A stretch of DNA of 64,000 nt, from the NCBI GenBank assembly GCA_030141605.1, contig JAQGDQ010000027.1:806001-870000 (forward strand), given 5' to 3'. The notes under the pieces are model-generated. The model worked only from the letters and a program-made list of their open reading frames with translations, was not told the origin of the DNA and ran no database searches. Positions 27,701-40,753 of this stretch are shown here, one piece after another (the stretch's first letter is position 1; each line of letters starts with the position of its first letter). Source of the stretch: Tubiluchus corallicola (lineage: Eukaryota; Animalia; Priapulida). Position numbers and translations under genes: made by a program.

Positions 27701-30700
27701 GTCATTTTTATCCCATGTCTGGCCAATCCAAGAATTTTCATTAGACTTGGTTAAGCAATTTTTGTGTATTTTGTTAAGTGATTAAAAAGCCAACGGCAAT
27801 GGCTAAGGTAACAAATTCATTTTTTGTATTATAATTATGCAACAATGTTATTTTTATCAAAACTCCGTTGTTTTGCTTGCGCTTGCTTCAGTGAACACTG
27901 AAATTGTTGTGTTGAAATTTGTGAATTTGTAGTATCTAGTGCATCTCGTAAACTTACAGTAAAAACTTAGTCTATAGTCACTCTTTTTTTCTGTAACTGT
28001 ACTGATGTACTTTTAAGAAGCGATATTAAAAACATGATGATTTGCTTACAGGTGTACCAAGAATGTTTACACCACCAAAACAAACTCAGAAAAAGCCGTC
28101 GATAAAAGGAAATGCAAATGCGTTTGAACAAAGTAAGCACCTGTTTGAAAAAGCTTCAACTCCGGCTCATGATCAAAGTGTTACTGAAAAGCCCAAGCTC
28201 AGGTCTTCTGCTATCGAAAACGAAGCAAAGGTGGTATCAAAGGCTCAGGCAGCAGTTGAGAAAGTACCGAGCTTGAAGCGTAAAAATGACTGTACGGCTA
28301 TTAGCAGCGAAGAGTTAAATGCTAGGCGACAAAGAGTTAACAGCGGTGACAGCAGTAGCGGTATTTCGACCGCATCTTCCCTGTCTGGAAGCAACCCTTG
28401 CCTGGCGCAAAGTAATCCATCTTTGACACAGCAGGATTCGTTTACAGGAACTGGCACAATGACTTTTGTCACTAGGGACCCCGATGTTCTGTCGGCAGAA
28501 ACTGTAAAAGAATTTAAGGATAGAAGTCGTAAGAATCCACCCACCAGTCCGGTTAAGTTTAGCCACACACCGTCTAGAGCAAGGCTGGTTGTGGAATATT
28601 CACCTGATGCAAGTCCTCCCAGTAAACCTACCACTCAGGAAAAGAAGGCAAAGAAGAGAAAAAGTTGCGAGGATGAGGAATTTCCGGAAGGAACAAGTCA
28701 ATTTGCTGCTGCCATGCGAGCATTTGGTGGCGCAGCTGTGCAGACACCTAAAGGACGTCCGCCAAAGTGTCCTACAAGCTCATCCAAATCTACGCTTCAT
28801 GCTAAGAATGAGTGCTCAGTGAAAAATCTTTCCCCAAAGCCGTTTAGAACAACTTCTCCTGCGCCTGTACGTGAGCCGTCGCCGGCTCCATTAAAGGCAC
28901 CGTCACCTGGTGCAGCTACACGCACCAAAGCACCTCCTCAGAAAGTTTCATCTAAGACTGACCTCAGTCCCGGAATGAAACACCGGCATCAGCACTTGAT
29001 GGAATCTGTGGAGACGTGGAAACACACGGAAAACAAAGCCAAGGAAGAACGAATGAATGAAATGTCAACTCTTTTAAGTCAGTGGGAGCAAGTATCCGCT
29101 GCAGCGGAACCTCCCATTCTGGATACACAAGAGCGTGAAAGGGTACGATTTGTGTACTTAACATTTTTCCAGAAATTATTATGTTATCTTAATACAGTTT
29201 GACTTTGTTTGTTATTAGGCTCATAAAAATGCCAAATCCAAGGGAATTGGAATTTTTGTTGCCGTCTCCGGACTAAGATAGCAAGTGTAGTAAAATATCT
29301 CCAGGAATTTTACAGTTCAGTTGTTTTAAGCTTGTAATTGGAAATTACAGTGCACTTTGTAATTAATTTGATTCTATCTTAACCCAGAAATTGGCTCTTT
29401 TTGTAATTTGCATTTCACATTTGCCATGTAGAATTTGTGCTCATTTCTCAAATACTTAAAGTTGAATAAAGTTTGACTGTGATGAAATGCTTGTGATCAC
29501 TTGTTGAAATTTTGTTTTACTGCATTATTTTTGCTACATACTGTAATTGGTTTTTTTGCACTAGAAGTTTGCTATTTTTTAGGAAACAGAACGCCACACC
29601 TATGCCAAAAAAGACACTGGTAATTACTACAGGGGAGCCACGCCTACGAAAATTGCTATACCAAAGACCGATGCCTTCAAATTTATACCTGCACCAGCAA
29701 AACCTCCTCCTGGCCCAGCACCAACAAAATTTGTTGCTGAACAGAAGATGGCAGCACATCCTGCTGCTGCAACAGCATCAAGCTTACCGCCACCTCCCAA
29801 AATTCAAAATGCAGTGTCGCCGAAAAAGTTGCCGCCTTCGGGTAAATTCGTTAATTGAGCTTGACTTTAGATTTGACTAATAATGTTGCATAAATAGATC
29901 GTATAATCTGCTTGTTACTCTTTGTTATTGCATTTGCTAATCAAAGTTTTTTTACTAATTCATTTTTTTCATTTTAGCAAAATTCTGCTTTTTCCTAAAC
30001 TTTGCTTGCCTTGTGTTTCTGACCAAAATACAGAAGTAAGAACTAGTAGTGGTATTGGTAGTGGTAGTAGCAGCAGCAATAGTAATTTCATATCTTGAAA
30101 AGTAAATGGAGTTTTGTGTAAATAGAATTGCAGTCAAATGGAGTTTTATCATGAGGTTATGATTACATCATTTACATGTTATGTTGCATTTTTTATCCTA
30201 GATGCTAAAAAACTATCCAAGTCTTCTCTGTATCCAAGTCTTGAGTCGCTGATGTCGACTGAAGAAGAAGATATGGAGGAAAATTTTCAAACAAAACAAG
30301 TGATTGCAGAGACTGGTACGCTTTCAAGTTTAGGCAAAAAATATGTAATTTACCTTTTGTGGGTTTGTCAGAAAGTGCCACATTTGTTAACACAGTTTTT
30401 AGCAAAACTTGCATAATTTGATGTTGTTCAAGGTACTGGCTGGAAATCCTTTTGCAAGATATAGCACATGAGATATGTTAAATTAATACGTGACTGAATG
30501 GCCACCATCGCAATGGCCTATCTGTGTGTAACATGTGTACTTCATAAATCAGGATCCAGAAATAACATTCGTTATTCAAATAACTCATTCACCAAGTTTA
30601 CATTTTTTCCTGTGATTCTATTTTGTATTGTATTAGACTTAATACTTAACAGTGTAAGTTCATCATTGGAGGAGGGATTTTTTTCCTTTGTGAATACTTA

Positions 30701-33700
30701 AACTATGTTTTTTTTGCATTAGATTCAAGAAAGATATCCAAGTCATCACTGTATCCCAGCCTTGAGAATTCTATGTCTACAGATGATGAAGGAGAGGAGC
30801 CTCCCGCAGAAGACAATGGTAAGATTGTCTTCACTCTTGACAATGCTAAGGATTAAACCAATTTTTAAAAAGCTATTTACAAGTATTTGTATATATTGTA
30901 GGGTACTATAATGTTATTTTTGAATGTGTCATTGTCTCACTCCAGAAAGTAACAGCTCTTCACTTGACTCGTTGGTTAATGATTTGGGGGACAGTGTCGG
31001 AGCAGCTTGCGCAGAACTGGATGATATGCTAGATGAAGCCCTAGACAGCGTGGATGAATTACCTTCACCTCCTAAACCACCAAGCTCAAAGGTCTGTCCT
31101 GCTAGAAACTAAAAAAAAATTGAGAATAAAAATTTAATCAAATTATCTTTCATATTAACAAATAGACTTTGTTATATATCATGCAAGCTTGGTTGGATAG
31201 TAAATAACTGATCTAATAAGTAATTTCATTTCACTAAGCTATTGATTATTGTTCTTAGTTCTTTCTTAGTTTTTACAAATGTAAACATTTAGAACTCTCT
31301 TTTTTCTCAAGGTAGCTAGGCCAAACAGTCAATGCTCCTTTAAGCTAGCATAACATGTTTCATTCTGTTGAACTAAAAGGTCAATGCAATTACATGGTAA
31401 TCATTTGAAAAACAAATTGTGTTAATTTTAGAGAACACCAGCTCCGCAACCACCCAAGAAGGATTACTCGTCACCGATGCCAACTCCGTCATCAAACGAT
31501 ACCCCACTGATGTACAGTGTCAGTTTTTATCGTAATCAGAAAAAGCATGACGTGAGACCACCGGTGCGCGTGGTGCGTCGTGGAGCTGAACAGCATAGGA
31601 GCTCATCGCCAGAAGCAGAAGACATTGATTCTAATGAACCTACAATTCACGAGAAAATGAAGGTAAAACCAGCCTGTTGGTGATGTAGCCAGGAGGTGTT
31701 TCCCTGAAAATGCAATTAGTCTCCATTTTACATTGTTTACGATATTTGCTTGTTTTAGCGCCTGTGCTTAATTGTATAATATAGTAAAATATAGCATGAG
31801 GTATGTTAAATTAACACATGACTGAATGGCTACCATCGGAATGGCCTATCTGTGTGTAACATGTACTTCAAAAATCAAGATCGAGAAATAACATGTGTTA
31901 TTTAAATAACTCATTCACCAAGTTTACATTTTTCCTGTCATAGAATTTCCTGTTAGAATAGCCAATCTAATAAGCGCCTAAGGAAACGGAATGAAAAAAC
32001 AATAAGTGCCCTTATTGTAGATCAATGTTTTGAAGAAAGATGCGTCAGTTTGAGCTCATGTATGAAACTTTACCCTATATCTGCTGATGCTGCTTACCTT
32101 TCCTAACTGTCTTTGCGAAAGTACTTTACTAGCTCATGGATGACCTCTTTAATTTAATAAAATAAATAGTAACATTTCTGCACAGTGAGAGGTTTTTGCT
32201 CAGAATCTTTTTGTGAATTGACATGCTGTACTTTGCAAATGTAATTTATCATTCTGCAGGCTACATATTTCTTTTTACTGGGGAATGTGCACTGTTGAAA
32301 TGAATATTGACAAAATGAAAAAACTCTCAAGATCGATTACATTAATTATTAATGGCAGCATATGGCATTAGCATTATAGTTCTAGCAAAGTGTGCACTGG
32401 CAAAATCTGCAGGAGCTAAAGTATTTACACATGAAATTTGCAATTTGTGAAATGAAAGTATCTTGAATTTGACTGTATTAATCATTAATAGCAGTGTATA
32501 AGAGTGATATTATTTACACTGCCAAAATGCACGCTGGCAAAGTGTATCCAGTAAAATTAAACATTCATAAAAAGCAAATTACATCTTAATTATTGACGGA
32601 AATGTATTTGATTTATTAATATGTTTTTCAGGTACTTGAACAAGAAATAAATCGACAACAGTCTATTATTGGTCAAGCCAGTGCTGCGTTAAATGTTGCT
32701 CGTTCTCGTCAAGAATTCCAAGGTTCGGTGGAACAGGTTGAAGGAGAAAAACTTTTGTTGATTGCATGTATGTATGACATTAAACAAACTGGATTCATAA
32801 TAGATTTTATCAGCTTATAAGCTACCTATTAACTTAGTAATTTTCTTGTAATTAAATTTCATAGCAAAACCCACTTTTGCAGTGAGATGTGCTCATTTTT
32901 CTCTCTCTTTCTCTCCCTCTGCCTTTCTGCCTCTTTTTCTCTCTCTCCTCTCTCTCTCCCCTCTCTTTCTCCTCCCCCTTCGCTCTCTCTCTCTCCCCTC
33001 TTTCTCCTCCCCCTTCTCTATCTCTCTCTCACTCTCTCGCTTTTTTCATTAAAAGCTTTCGTCTTGTTTAAATGCAGTCATTGCTATAGTTGGCATTATG
33101 CTGCTCAAAGACTTGAAATATTCCTTTGAAATAATACATAAGCATTCACAAAACTGTCATATCTTGGACGGAAATAAATTTTTCGAAAAGTGAATGCCCG
33201 ATGGCCATCCTCTAGGGCACAGTGATCAAAATGATATACTAAGCTTGGCTGGGTGTGGTGTGAATCTCATGATCTAACCTTGGACACATATATAACATAC
33301 CTATTGCTTCGCTCTTATACGATGTATGATACTTCATATTATTTATGGTAAAGGATTTAAGCACAAAAACAAACGTACGTCGAAAACTATTTTGTTTATT
33401 TTTTTAGGTCAGAAGAGAACTGCATGCATAACTGAATTAACTAGACTAAAAGCTTTGGTGGCTAAACATGGCAAAGCGGCACAGCAGCTGGTCTCATCGA
33501 ACAAGGGTTCTGTCACATTAAAAAACCTCCGCCTTCCACTGAAGAGAGAATTTTTATCTAGCAGAGGCGGTCCAAATGGTAAGTACCTTATAGTACAGAT
33601 CATTAATTTAGTATTTTAGTAATTTTGTCTTGCATTCAAAGCTATTATATCCGGCATTTCAATGGAAACCAAATGATAGTTTGTTGGATGAGTTTGTGAT

Positions 33701-36700
33701 TTGTGAAAATTTTAATAACATCAAAATTGGCTTCATAAGTCAACTTTTTAATTTACACTTCTATGTCATGCTCTTTTCTACGTACAATATAGCCATAGAG
33801 TGATTTTACACCTCTATTACAGAATCAGCATGGTAGTAAAAAAAATAGCTCAAAACTTCAAATGTAGACTCAAAAAAAAATCTCAGTTGTTGAGTAAAGT
33901 AAGAGTTTTCCACAACATGAACGTTGCTGGTCAATTAGCAGCAAAGGAAATTTGAAATGAAATTAAGGAGGGATTTATGAAACACCATGTATTAAACCAG
34001 TTTTGTTATGTAGTGGTTGTGAAGATGAATCATGGTACTACACAATAACATATATATAAATTCTGGTTTTTGTCAGTTGCTATGGGTTCTGAGTCTGATT
34101 TACGTAAAATCCTTCACGACTGTAGGAATTTACTACATTTTGCATAGGTTCATGAAATCCTGCTTTCACTAAGCAACGATTACATTATATTGGATGATTG
34201 GCAAAAGATTTTCAGCAACTACAGTCTTTGCACCATACAATGTGCAGTATAACTTGTGTGAAATACAGAAAATTTTAACTGTCCAGACACAACCCTCCTA
34301 TACACTTTGACCTCAAGTCTCCTCTATTTTAAGCAGAAATTGTTATTAAAAGATGAGACGAGTGTAATTTGTCCTTGACTGATTGGTTGGCTTTTCTTGG
34401 AATAGCAGCAGAACTCTGCACAGCTTAGGCTGTAGCAAGCAGGTGATCAATAAATTCGTGTGTACAATCGAGCAAGTGTGAATCAGAGTATGCTACTCAA
34501 TAGGCTAAATTTGAGTGGGTGAGAAGGCTTGTTTTAATTTCGTCCAATTAAATCACAATACATGTTTGGATAGACCTATTTTGAGTAGTGCAGTACTGAA
34601 GGAGTTAATGTAGAAAATTGTACTAAAAGGTTGTTGGTGTTTTGCCGGTCGATTTTACGGTAGTAAGTTAATCATAAACATTTTTTCTAGATTTGTTTGT
34701 TCACTACTTTCTCGTGTTGATAAGAAATGGTCCTCAAGTTGTCAACACTCAGATGCTGAGCACGAGAGAGAATGTCACCCGGGACAGCCTATGCTTCAGC
34801 AACTGTATTTGCCTACAAGATCTTGACAGTCACTTCAAAATTGACATAGATGTCTATGGGATGGTAGGTTAAATCAGACTGAGAATTTTTCATTTATTTA
34901 ACTATTCTGATTCGTTTTAGTCTGCTTGATTTTGTTCGTCCTCAACTCACTTGTCATTTCATTTATAGGAGTTCTAAATTTATTATGTAAACTGTATAGT
35001 AACCTATTTCTTTGCGTTATTGCATTTCCTTTTTTCTTTAACATCATTTAAAATTATGCACTTGAGACCATTAAAAGTCTATTATTTAACATACTATTTA
35101 AGTTAAAAGCTATTAACAGTTAAAGGTAAATGTACAGTTATCAACATGAATTAAAAGAATGATTGTGTAAATAAGCAGTCATAATAAACTATGACAGATT
35201 TGATTTTTGTGAGTGAGACAGTACAATTTTCTTTACATTCGCACATGTTTTAAACATACTGTGCACTTTGAAAAATTAATTTATAAATTAATAAAAATAT
35301 ACAAAGAGACATTAGATGTATTGTATTAGATGCAGAAACAGTGAAAAAATACACAAAAAAATCTAGTGTAGCTCATTGAAGGAGTCTTAGGCTCGTTTAT
35401 CGCTTCTGACTTCTAAACAAAAGAAGTGCTCCTCGGGAGGTAAAAAACTGCTAAAGAAGCAGTAAAAACTCAGATTGGTGAAATACGTATCCCTCAATTT
35501 ACCGCAAAATGATTAAATTTTATTGTTTCTACGAACTTGATTTACGGCTGCGATTTGACTTTTCATGCCTTTTCGTTTCAGAACACCTCGAAGGAAAGAT
35601 TAGTAACTGGAAAGAAGGGCAAGGTAATGTCTTGGTAATCTTAGAATATATGTGGTCAGGCTTGGTGTCCTCTGCACATCCTGGTTCCAAGTTTGCAGCA
35701 ACTCGCCACTTTTGTGTAGAGCTAGATGGCTAGTTTGGACTTACACATAGTCTGAGAAGCTAACTGACCTGGAATACCAGTTTGTTAGCATGTGAAGGTC
35801 ACTACAGCTTTGACTTCTGACAGAGATTCTCCTGTGGTGTTGTTACTTAACATTGACTCTTTGTGTTGTGTGGCTCCTTCATTTCATTTATAAATAACTT
35901 AAGAAAAGCTTGCACTGCAGTTATAGTGCTTAACTGTTTCAAGAAGGTTTACTAAATTAATGGGTTAATTATTTAGTTATTAATTAAGTCCTTCTTGGTT
36001 AGCTAAGCATAATTTTTATTATTAGAGCCCAATCCTTAATTCATCTATGAGCATATACCCAGGTTGCTGGACTATTCCATTTCAGGAATAGCAGGTTGCA
36101 GGTTGCATTTGACTTGTTAATTTCCTTTTTGCTCCAGTTTTGTCTTAATGGCCTACTGATACTCATAAGTGCTAAAATGTTGCCAATACCAATAACTGTC
36201 TTTTTGCAGAAAACACCGAAAAAGAACAAGTCGCATTCCGTTTTACAGAATCCAGGTATTTTTATCACAATGGTTTTACAGTCTTGTGCTACCTTTGTTT
36301 AACTGTGTGGAAACCATCTGTTTAATTGTTCCCTTTTTAGTAGATAATTAACAGACTCTTTATTGACTGCTGCATAATAGTTAAGCTCCAGTTTATTTTT
36401 TTCACAACAGGCAAAACTTTTGATCCCATTTCTTCATGTAGTTCATAGTGATATGCCTTTCACATTGCTACATTGTAGATTTCTTAAAATGTTGGTTTCT
36501 TCAGTGAAAAACTTTACTTATATTTCTAGCTTTAACCAGTCCAGGTGGACCGCTAGCAGTGAGGACTAGCAGTTTTACCTTGATAGGTTATACGTCAATT
36601 ACACTGCAAAATGTGCACAAAGGCAAACATACTCTGGAGAAGGTAAGACATGTACTTGTTTAGTTATGTGATTAGTCATGTGGCATACTGTGACAAAGCA

Positions 36701-39700
36701 AAACCTTGTGTGACGATGTGACGCTACTTTGTAATGATTTAATAGGCATGCAGCTCTGCACAGCTTAAGAGGTGGATACGAAATTTAAAAGCATCTACAT
36801 CATTTTACCTGCCTATAAATTTTATGTACTTGTCTTAAATGGTCTATTTGTGTTTAATAATTATGTTTTTCAAAGAAACTTCTTTAGATATGTTTTTGGT
36901 GAAAGAGGCCAATTTGTTACCGAATTTTGCTAGTTTTACATTATTTCTTTGTTTTGCTGCTAGGTCTAATATTTGAAATTGGATTTTCCTAGTACATAAC
37001 ATTTTTTTTCACTTTTATAAATTTTTTTGGGTAACGTGATTTTATGAAATTCGAGAAAACCATGTTTATAAAGTTCTTGATAAACCGACTAACCATACAG
37101 AAGAGGGTATTTGCTTAACCGATGTGTTTAGCGGCAAACATGCTGGGATAATGTATAATAATAACGTTAACCAGTTTCTTTCTTTTCCGGCATGTTTAAG
37201 GTTCCATTCTTATCGCCGCTTGATGGTGTACTGCACGTCGACATCACCTGTCATACTGTAGCCACTTCAACACATAAGAAGGGATTCCTGGTAAATCTTC
37301 GTTTGCTTTGAAGAATTAACACACTTTTGAATGCCAAAAAGTTGTCATACATTATTAAACGCTGACTGGCATAATAGCTAAATGATTTCTGGAATCTTGA
37401 TATTGTTGTGGATGAGAATCAGAAAGCTGCGTTCAGAGTTCAGAGCCAAGGCTATTCTTTTATTTTTCTTGCAGTTTAAAGGAAAGAACAAGTCACTCAG
37501 TATATTGGGTTTATTTTTCTGTTATCACTTAAACTTTGAAAAATATAACAAAGAAATTTGCAAAAAACTATCTGCCATTTATTTGAAAATCATGACGTAA
37601 CTGGCAGATTTCGTGACTTTTCGTAAGCGCGCCCTGCAAAAACTAATTCAAACTTCTGCAGGTTTACCTAAGGTTCACTAAAATATATTACAAAATTAGC
37701 TATCTAATATTTTTGTAAAAACTTGTTATACTTTTGACGACAGTTGACAGTGTGTTACTTTTCTTCAAGACAACTGACGTCATTGGAAGAATGGGCATTG
37801 AAAATGAGAGTGCCCAAGGATAAAGTGATCGCAACTTTAAAGTGATTTAACCAGTTACACAAGGCGCTTATTGCAGTTTTATTAGTAAATCCTTCTAACA
37901 GTTGTCATGAACATTCAAATAAGTTTAACTTCCTAGAAGACTTGGCCTTTCCTTTAACATTGAATTTAGCCGAGACTGCAATTTTAAACTTATTCTAATT
38001 GCTTTGTAAATGTGCTTCTTAACTGAAGCTTGCTGACAATGCCAAAAATGTGACAATTAAAGAACGCATTGATTGTTTTTTACTCTTTAGTTAAATCTGT
38101 GTATTTCAGACCATGTTTGACGATGTCAGTGGTTTTGGCGCTTGGCACCGCAGATGGTGTGTGCTCGGAGAGAGCTTCATGTCTTACTGGAAGTATCCAG
38201 ATGATGAGAAACGAAAGGTGTGTCTTTTATCTTACGTTAAAACTAGGTGTCTATAAATAATGCCTCCGAGAAAAAAGTCTTAATAAGCAGAAAACAATTG
38301 GCAACAGAAATCTATGATTTTGAAAGTTTTACTTGCCCAGCTAATTTAAAAGTCATTCTATAATACCTGTAAAAACTGGCTGATTACTTTACAGACTTTT
38401 ATTTTTCACTCATTGAAAAATGGTGAAACTGCAATACAAACAAGAAAAAAGAACATCAAACAAAAGTAAAGCAACAGTAAATTGGAAATAAATAAGTCAC
38501 AAGCATTAGCAAATTAACAACAAGCATACTGAAGCAGAAAATGACTCAAAATTAAACCACAACATACAGATTGACAGAAAAAAAGCAAAATTTACTAATA
38601 AATAAGCTTTCTAACAGATCACAAATCAGCAGGCACCTGCACGCGCATGCACGCCTACACAAAAACTCGCATATGCTTTCACTTTAAACAGTTGCAAAAA
38701 ATCAATACTTATGCATGATTGTGACAAAAAAAACGCCATCAGAAACTATTAAACAAACAAATGAACTTACAAACAACTGAAATCAAATGAGACATACTAC
38801 AGGCATCAGTATAACTAAAAACAGGATTTTGCACTATTCAAAGGCTGTTATCTTCTCATACTAGAGCACCCAAGCATGTTAAATAATCGCACCTACAGGT
38901 AATACAAAATAACAACACTCCAATCAACACACCTGGCTTCACTATACCCACACTAGCCTGGGAGATAACAATACCTGTTAATAGCCCACCTTCCTCCCTC
39001 GTACAGCCAACAATTTTGTAGGATATGATTGGATCAGTGACCTGAAGACTGGGATTAATGTTTTTGTTGAGTTGAACTGAATGGTATGGAAATTCACTGG
39101 ACTTTAACCACTCAAAATACATACACATAAGCTATCCTGAAAAACACTAAGATTATAAAAAATACCAGTATTCTTTGGATAAGCTTGTGAGATGTCTGCA
39201 ATATATCTATTGGAGGATTTTGAGTCCTTTGAGTCACTATTCCAATATACCCCTCAAGATCCCTGACTGTGCGAGCTGTGTCAGGGGTCTACATCAAATT
39301 TTGAGGGGATGGTAAATTTGGCATTGTTTGAACAATACTCTTATGTATTAAATTATTCTGTACTATTATTTATTGTTTTTGTAATCCCCCAACTCAAGGT
39401 TATGTACCACCTTGTACAACATTGCTACTGATTTAAAATCTTTCATATTTTATTGAAAGATAAATTTTTGAGGCACTAGTGTTATGAGCTAGAATCTTCA
39501 TGTTAAAAATCAGCTATCCATGCAATTAAATGCACAAACGTGAAAAATTACAAATTTTATAAACAGTACTTACTTCACACCAGCGAACTTGTAGAATTTT
39601 TGGTTTATATATATGCTTTTCAAGCATCTTCCCCCAGAATACCCCATTATCAGAGACTGGTCAGATTAATTGGCACTCAAATACTGTTTTTACAGCCACC

Positions 39701-40753
39701 TATTGGCAGCATAGACTTGACATTATGTACTACTGAAAAAGCTAAACAAGTAGCCAGGGATATCTGTGCCAGACAGCATACATTCATGATTGAAACAGTG
39801 AGGCCTAGAGCTGCAGGTGATAGAAACACGCTCATTTCCGAAAGCCATGATGATATGACCGAAATTAGGTAAGAAAATGGTCTCTTTTTATCCATGATCG
39901 ATTTTCTGTTGCAGTATCATCCCACATATAGCAAGCTGTACTTATTTAAACCACAATGAAACACTGTTCATAAATGAAACTTTAAATAATTGCATTGAAA
40001 TTTTATGTCACTTGTTGTCTTGCTATTTACAGAGCTTATATTAACAGCCATTTTTAGAGTCAGTCATTTGAAATAAATTTAGATATCATTGTGTAATGTT
40101 TGGAAAAATAACCTGAGCACTCATAGTGCACTGTTTGCTAACCAAGCAAATTTAAATTACTTTGTATTGTCAATAAGATCTTACTTTATATTCGTAATAA
40201 GATTAATAATGTGTTTTTTGTTGAGTGGTGCACACTGGAATGACGATGAATTTTACCAGGTGCCACAAATATTTTGCATTATTAAGAATTTTCTTTTCTA
40301 ATTACATATAGTCTTTTAAGCAGGTAAGCATAATGCAAAGTAATATAACTTTGTGTGGGAAGTTTTCTGGGAGTTACTTTAACATATCATTTTCCTCCCC
40401 TTTAATGAGGTTCATGATTATCAATTTTAAGCCGACAACAATCCAACCTAAACTTCTTTAATCTAAGCATGAATAGCTGCAACAAGTACTTCATTTGCTG
40501 TGCATTTGTTCCAGCAGCACTGAGACAACTCTTGCATTTTTTCTCAATATTTTCCTTTAGTTGCAAAATAGCTATTGCTAACTGCTTGTATATCTGCTTC
40601 TGGTGAACAATTCCTTTAATTGATTAATATACTTCTAGGTATTTACTATCAGCTGATTCTAAGGAAGAGCGTATCGAGTGGTGTGATCAATTCAACGAAA
40701 CACTAATTAACTTGCGCATGTGGAACCCGGACGTTGCCAGAGTTACGAAATAG
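20654..40753 (+). CDS. ANLN: Anillin (N-terminal motif, long disordered region, RBD/C2 anillin-homology domain, PH), 24 exons, about 1415 aa
   Basis: Exons: 20654-20689, 21139-21256, 22243-22344, 22948-23272, 23653-23785, 24305-24349, 25632-25853, 27188-27350, 28052-29142, 29583-29841, 30202-30315, 30723-30818, 30946-31091, 31432-31662, 32632-32767, 33408-33578, 34691-34863, 35582-35623, 36210-36255, 36530-36642, 37201-37290, 38110-38217, 39696-39868, 40639-40753 (4248 nt, in frame). Motifs: [87 protein letters not shown]. Middle exons are less certain. Confidence 0.95.
26126..26692. repeat. Minisatellite, 50-bp unit, about 11 copies, in an anillin intron
   Basis: Unit TGTGTAGCAGAATGTCGGATGATACAGCAGTTAGCTGTGCAGCAGTGTGC recurs at 26131, 26181, ... 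26631. Confidence 0.95.
30461..30616 (+). repeat. About 150-bp intronic direct repeat, copy 1 (copy 2 at 31791-31941)
   Basis: Shared gactgaatggc.accatcg.aatggcctatctgtgtgtaacatgt...aataactcattcaccaagtttacattttt. Confidence 0.85.
31791..31941 (+). repeat. About 150-bp intronic direct repeat, copy 2
   Basis: Aligns to 30461-30616. Confidence 0.85.
32896..33047. repeat. Polypyrimidine (CT-rich) tract
   Basis: About 150 nt that are almost exclusively C/T on the + strand. Confidence 0.9.
35650..35900 (+). mobile_element. Diverged copy of the solo-LTR-like repeat at 4565-4912
   Basis: Colinear similarity blocks (ctgacctggaatacc, ggtcactacagctttgacttctgaca, tggctcctt, aataa). Confidence 0.5.
37476..37957. 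mobile_element. Kolobok-like MITE, copy 2
   Basis: TTAA|AGGAAAGAACAAGTC...GACTTGGCCTTTCCT|TTAA; homologous to 16682-17239. Confidence 0.75.

Noticed and set aside
28245-29164. Antisense ORFs over the large anillin exon (also 62812-63455 over the FN3/stalk exon)
   Set aside because: Shadow ORFs of real coding exons with no recognisable motifs.
29512-29880. Gln-rich 122-aa ORF
   Set aside because: Wrong frame; the spliced anillin exon 29583-29841 reads as Pro/Ala-rich in another frame.
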